A stretch of DNA of 62,383 nt, filler included, from Deltaproteobacteria bacterium (GTDB taxonomy: Bacteria > JAUYMQ01), in the NCBI GenBank assembly GCA_030698575.1. It is 10 parts of 10 records of this genome, joined end to end, with 100 filler letters (N's around TTAATTAATTAA, not from the genome) between each part and the next. Parts side by side here need not be neighbours in the genome. Positions count along the whole stretch, not along the records: positions 59,168 to 62,383 come from JAUYMQ010000121.1; 9 more parts are not named here. One strand, written 5' to 3'. The notes below the pieces were generated by a model that worked only from the letters and a program-made list of their open reading frames with translations, did no database searches and was not told the DNA's origin. Below, piece by piece: positions 61,876 through 62,383 of the stretch (position 1 is the first letter of the stretch; the number at the start of each line of letters is the position of its first letter). A program made the position numbers and the translations under genes.

Positions 61876-62383
61876 TCATGAACTAAGTGTGAATGCGGAA
61901 ACGACACGCTGAATGGTCCAGAACGTGGCGAGACCGCCGATTGTGTAGGGCATCAATCGCCAGGAACCCTGCGGCATCGAAACAGGAACGCGCCGCAGAG
62001 CGGCAAGGACACCCACAACCGCACCCAGGAAAAGCACCTGCCCCGCTTCGACGCCCACGTTGAACATCAGGAGCGCGAGCGGCACCTCGTGTGCCGGCAC
62101 CCCCACCTGCGAGAGCGCCCCGGCGAATCCGAGGCCGTGAAACAGCCCGAAGGCGAACGCCACCAGCCACGGACGACGCTGGGTGAGCGTCACTTCGCCC
62201 GCGTGCATGCGAACGATCTCGAGCGCCAGAAAGAGGATGCTGAGCGAGATGACCGCCTCGGTCGGAGCCGGCGGAACATGTACGAAGCCCAGGGTGGCCA
62301 GCCCAAGGGTAAGGCTGTGCGCCACCGTGAAGGCCGTGATGGTTTTCAGAAGTTTCCTGAAGCCGGAGACGATGAGCAGAAGC
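61876..62383 (-). CDS. HupE/UreJ family membrane protein, 5' truncated
   Basis: AFTVAHSLTL, FGLFHGLGFA, FNVGVEAGQ. Confidence 0.88.
   Translation of the reverse strand, partial: LLLIVSGFRKLLKTITAFTVAHSLTLGLATLGFVHVPPAPTEAVISLSILFLALEIVRMHAGEVTLTQRRPWLVAFAFGLFHGLGFAGALSQVGVPAHEVPLALLMFNVGVEAGQVLFLGAVVGVLAALRRVPVSMPQGSWRLMPYTIGGLATFWTIQRVVSAFTLSS

Overview
This window is not one locus. It is ten short GC-rich contigs joined by artificial 100-bp N linkers carrying TTAATTAATTAA, probably a metagenome bin. The gene content suggests a deltaproteobacteria-like organism (inference). Neighbourhood arguments hold only within a contig. Content includes dnaG-rpoD, lipid/steroid-type catabolic genes (acyl-CoA ligase, patatin, ChoD-like oxidase, two EBDH/S25DH-type molybdoenzyme alpha subunits, a gamma-subunit fragment), a glycyl-radical enzyme operon, an ABC/HlyD exporter, a P-type ATPase, BolA/GrxD, oxidase assembly genes, citrate synthase and a small mobile-element contig. 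Five observations stand out. (1) A large serine recombinase is fused in frame to three XRE HTH domains, with a perfect 18-10-18 attP-like palindrome exactly at the domain junction, suggesting a recombination-controlled protein switch. (2) An uncharacterised glycyl radical enzyme sits in an SCP2-SDR-GRE-acyl-CoA dehydrogenase-activase operon. (3) The dnaG-linked RpoD has its region 4.2 (-35 recognition) helix replaced in frame by an acidic tract. (4) An ATL/Ada-Zn/2OG-Fe(II) triple fusion. (5) A Mo-hydroxylase-kinase module with a repeated operator. All family calls come from motif recognition only; no database searches were run.
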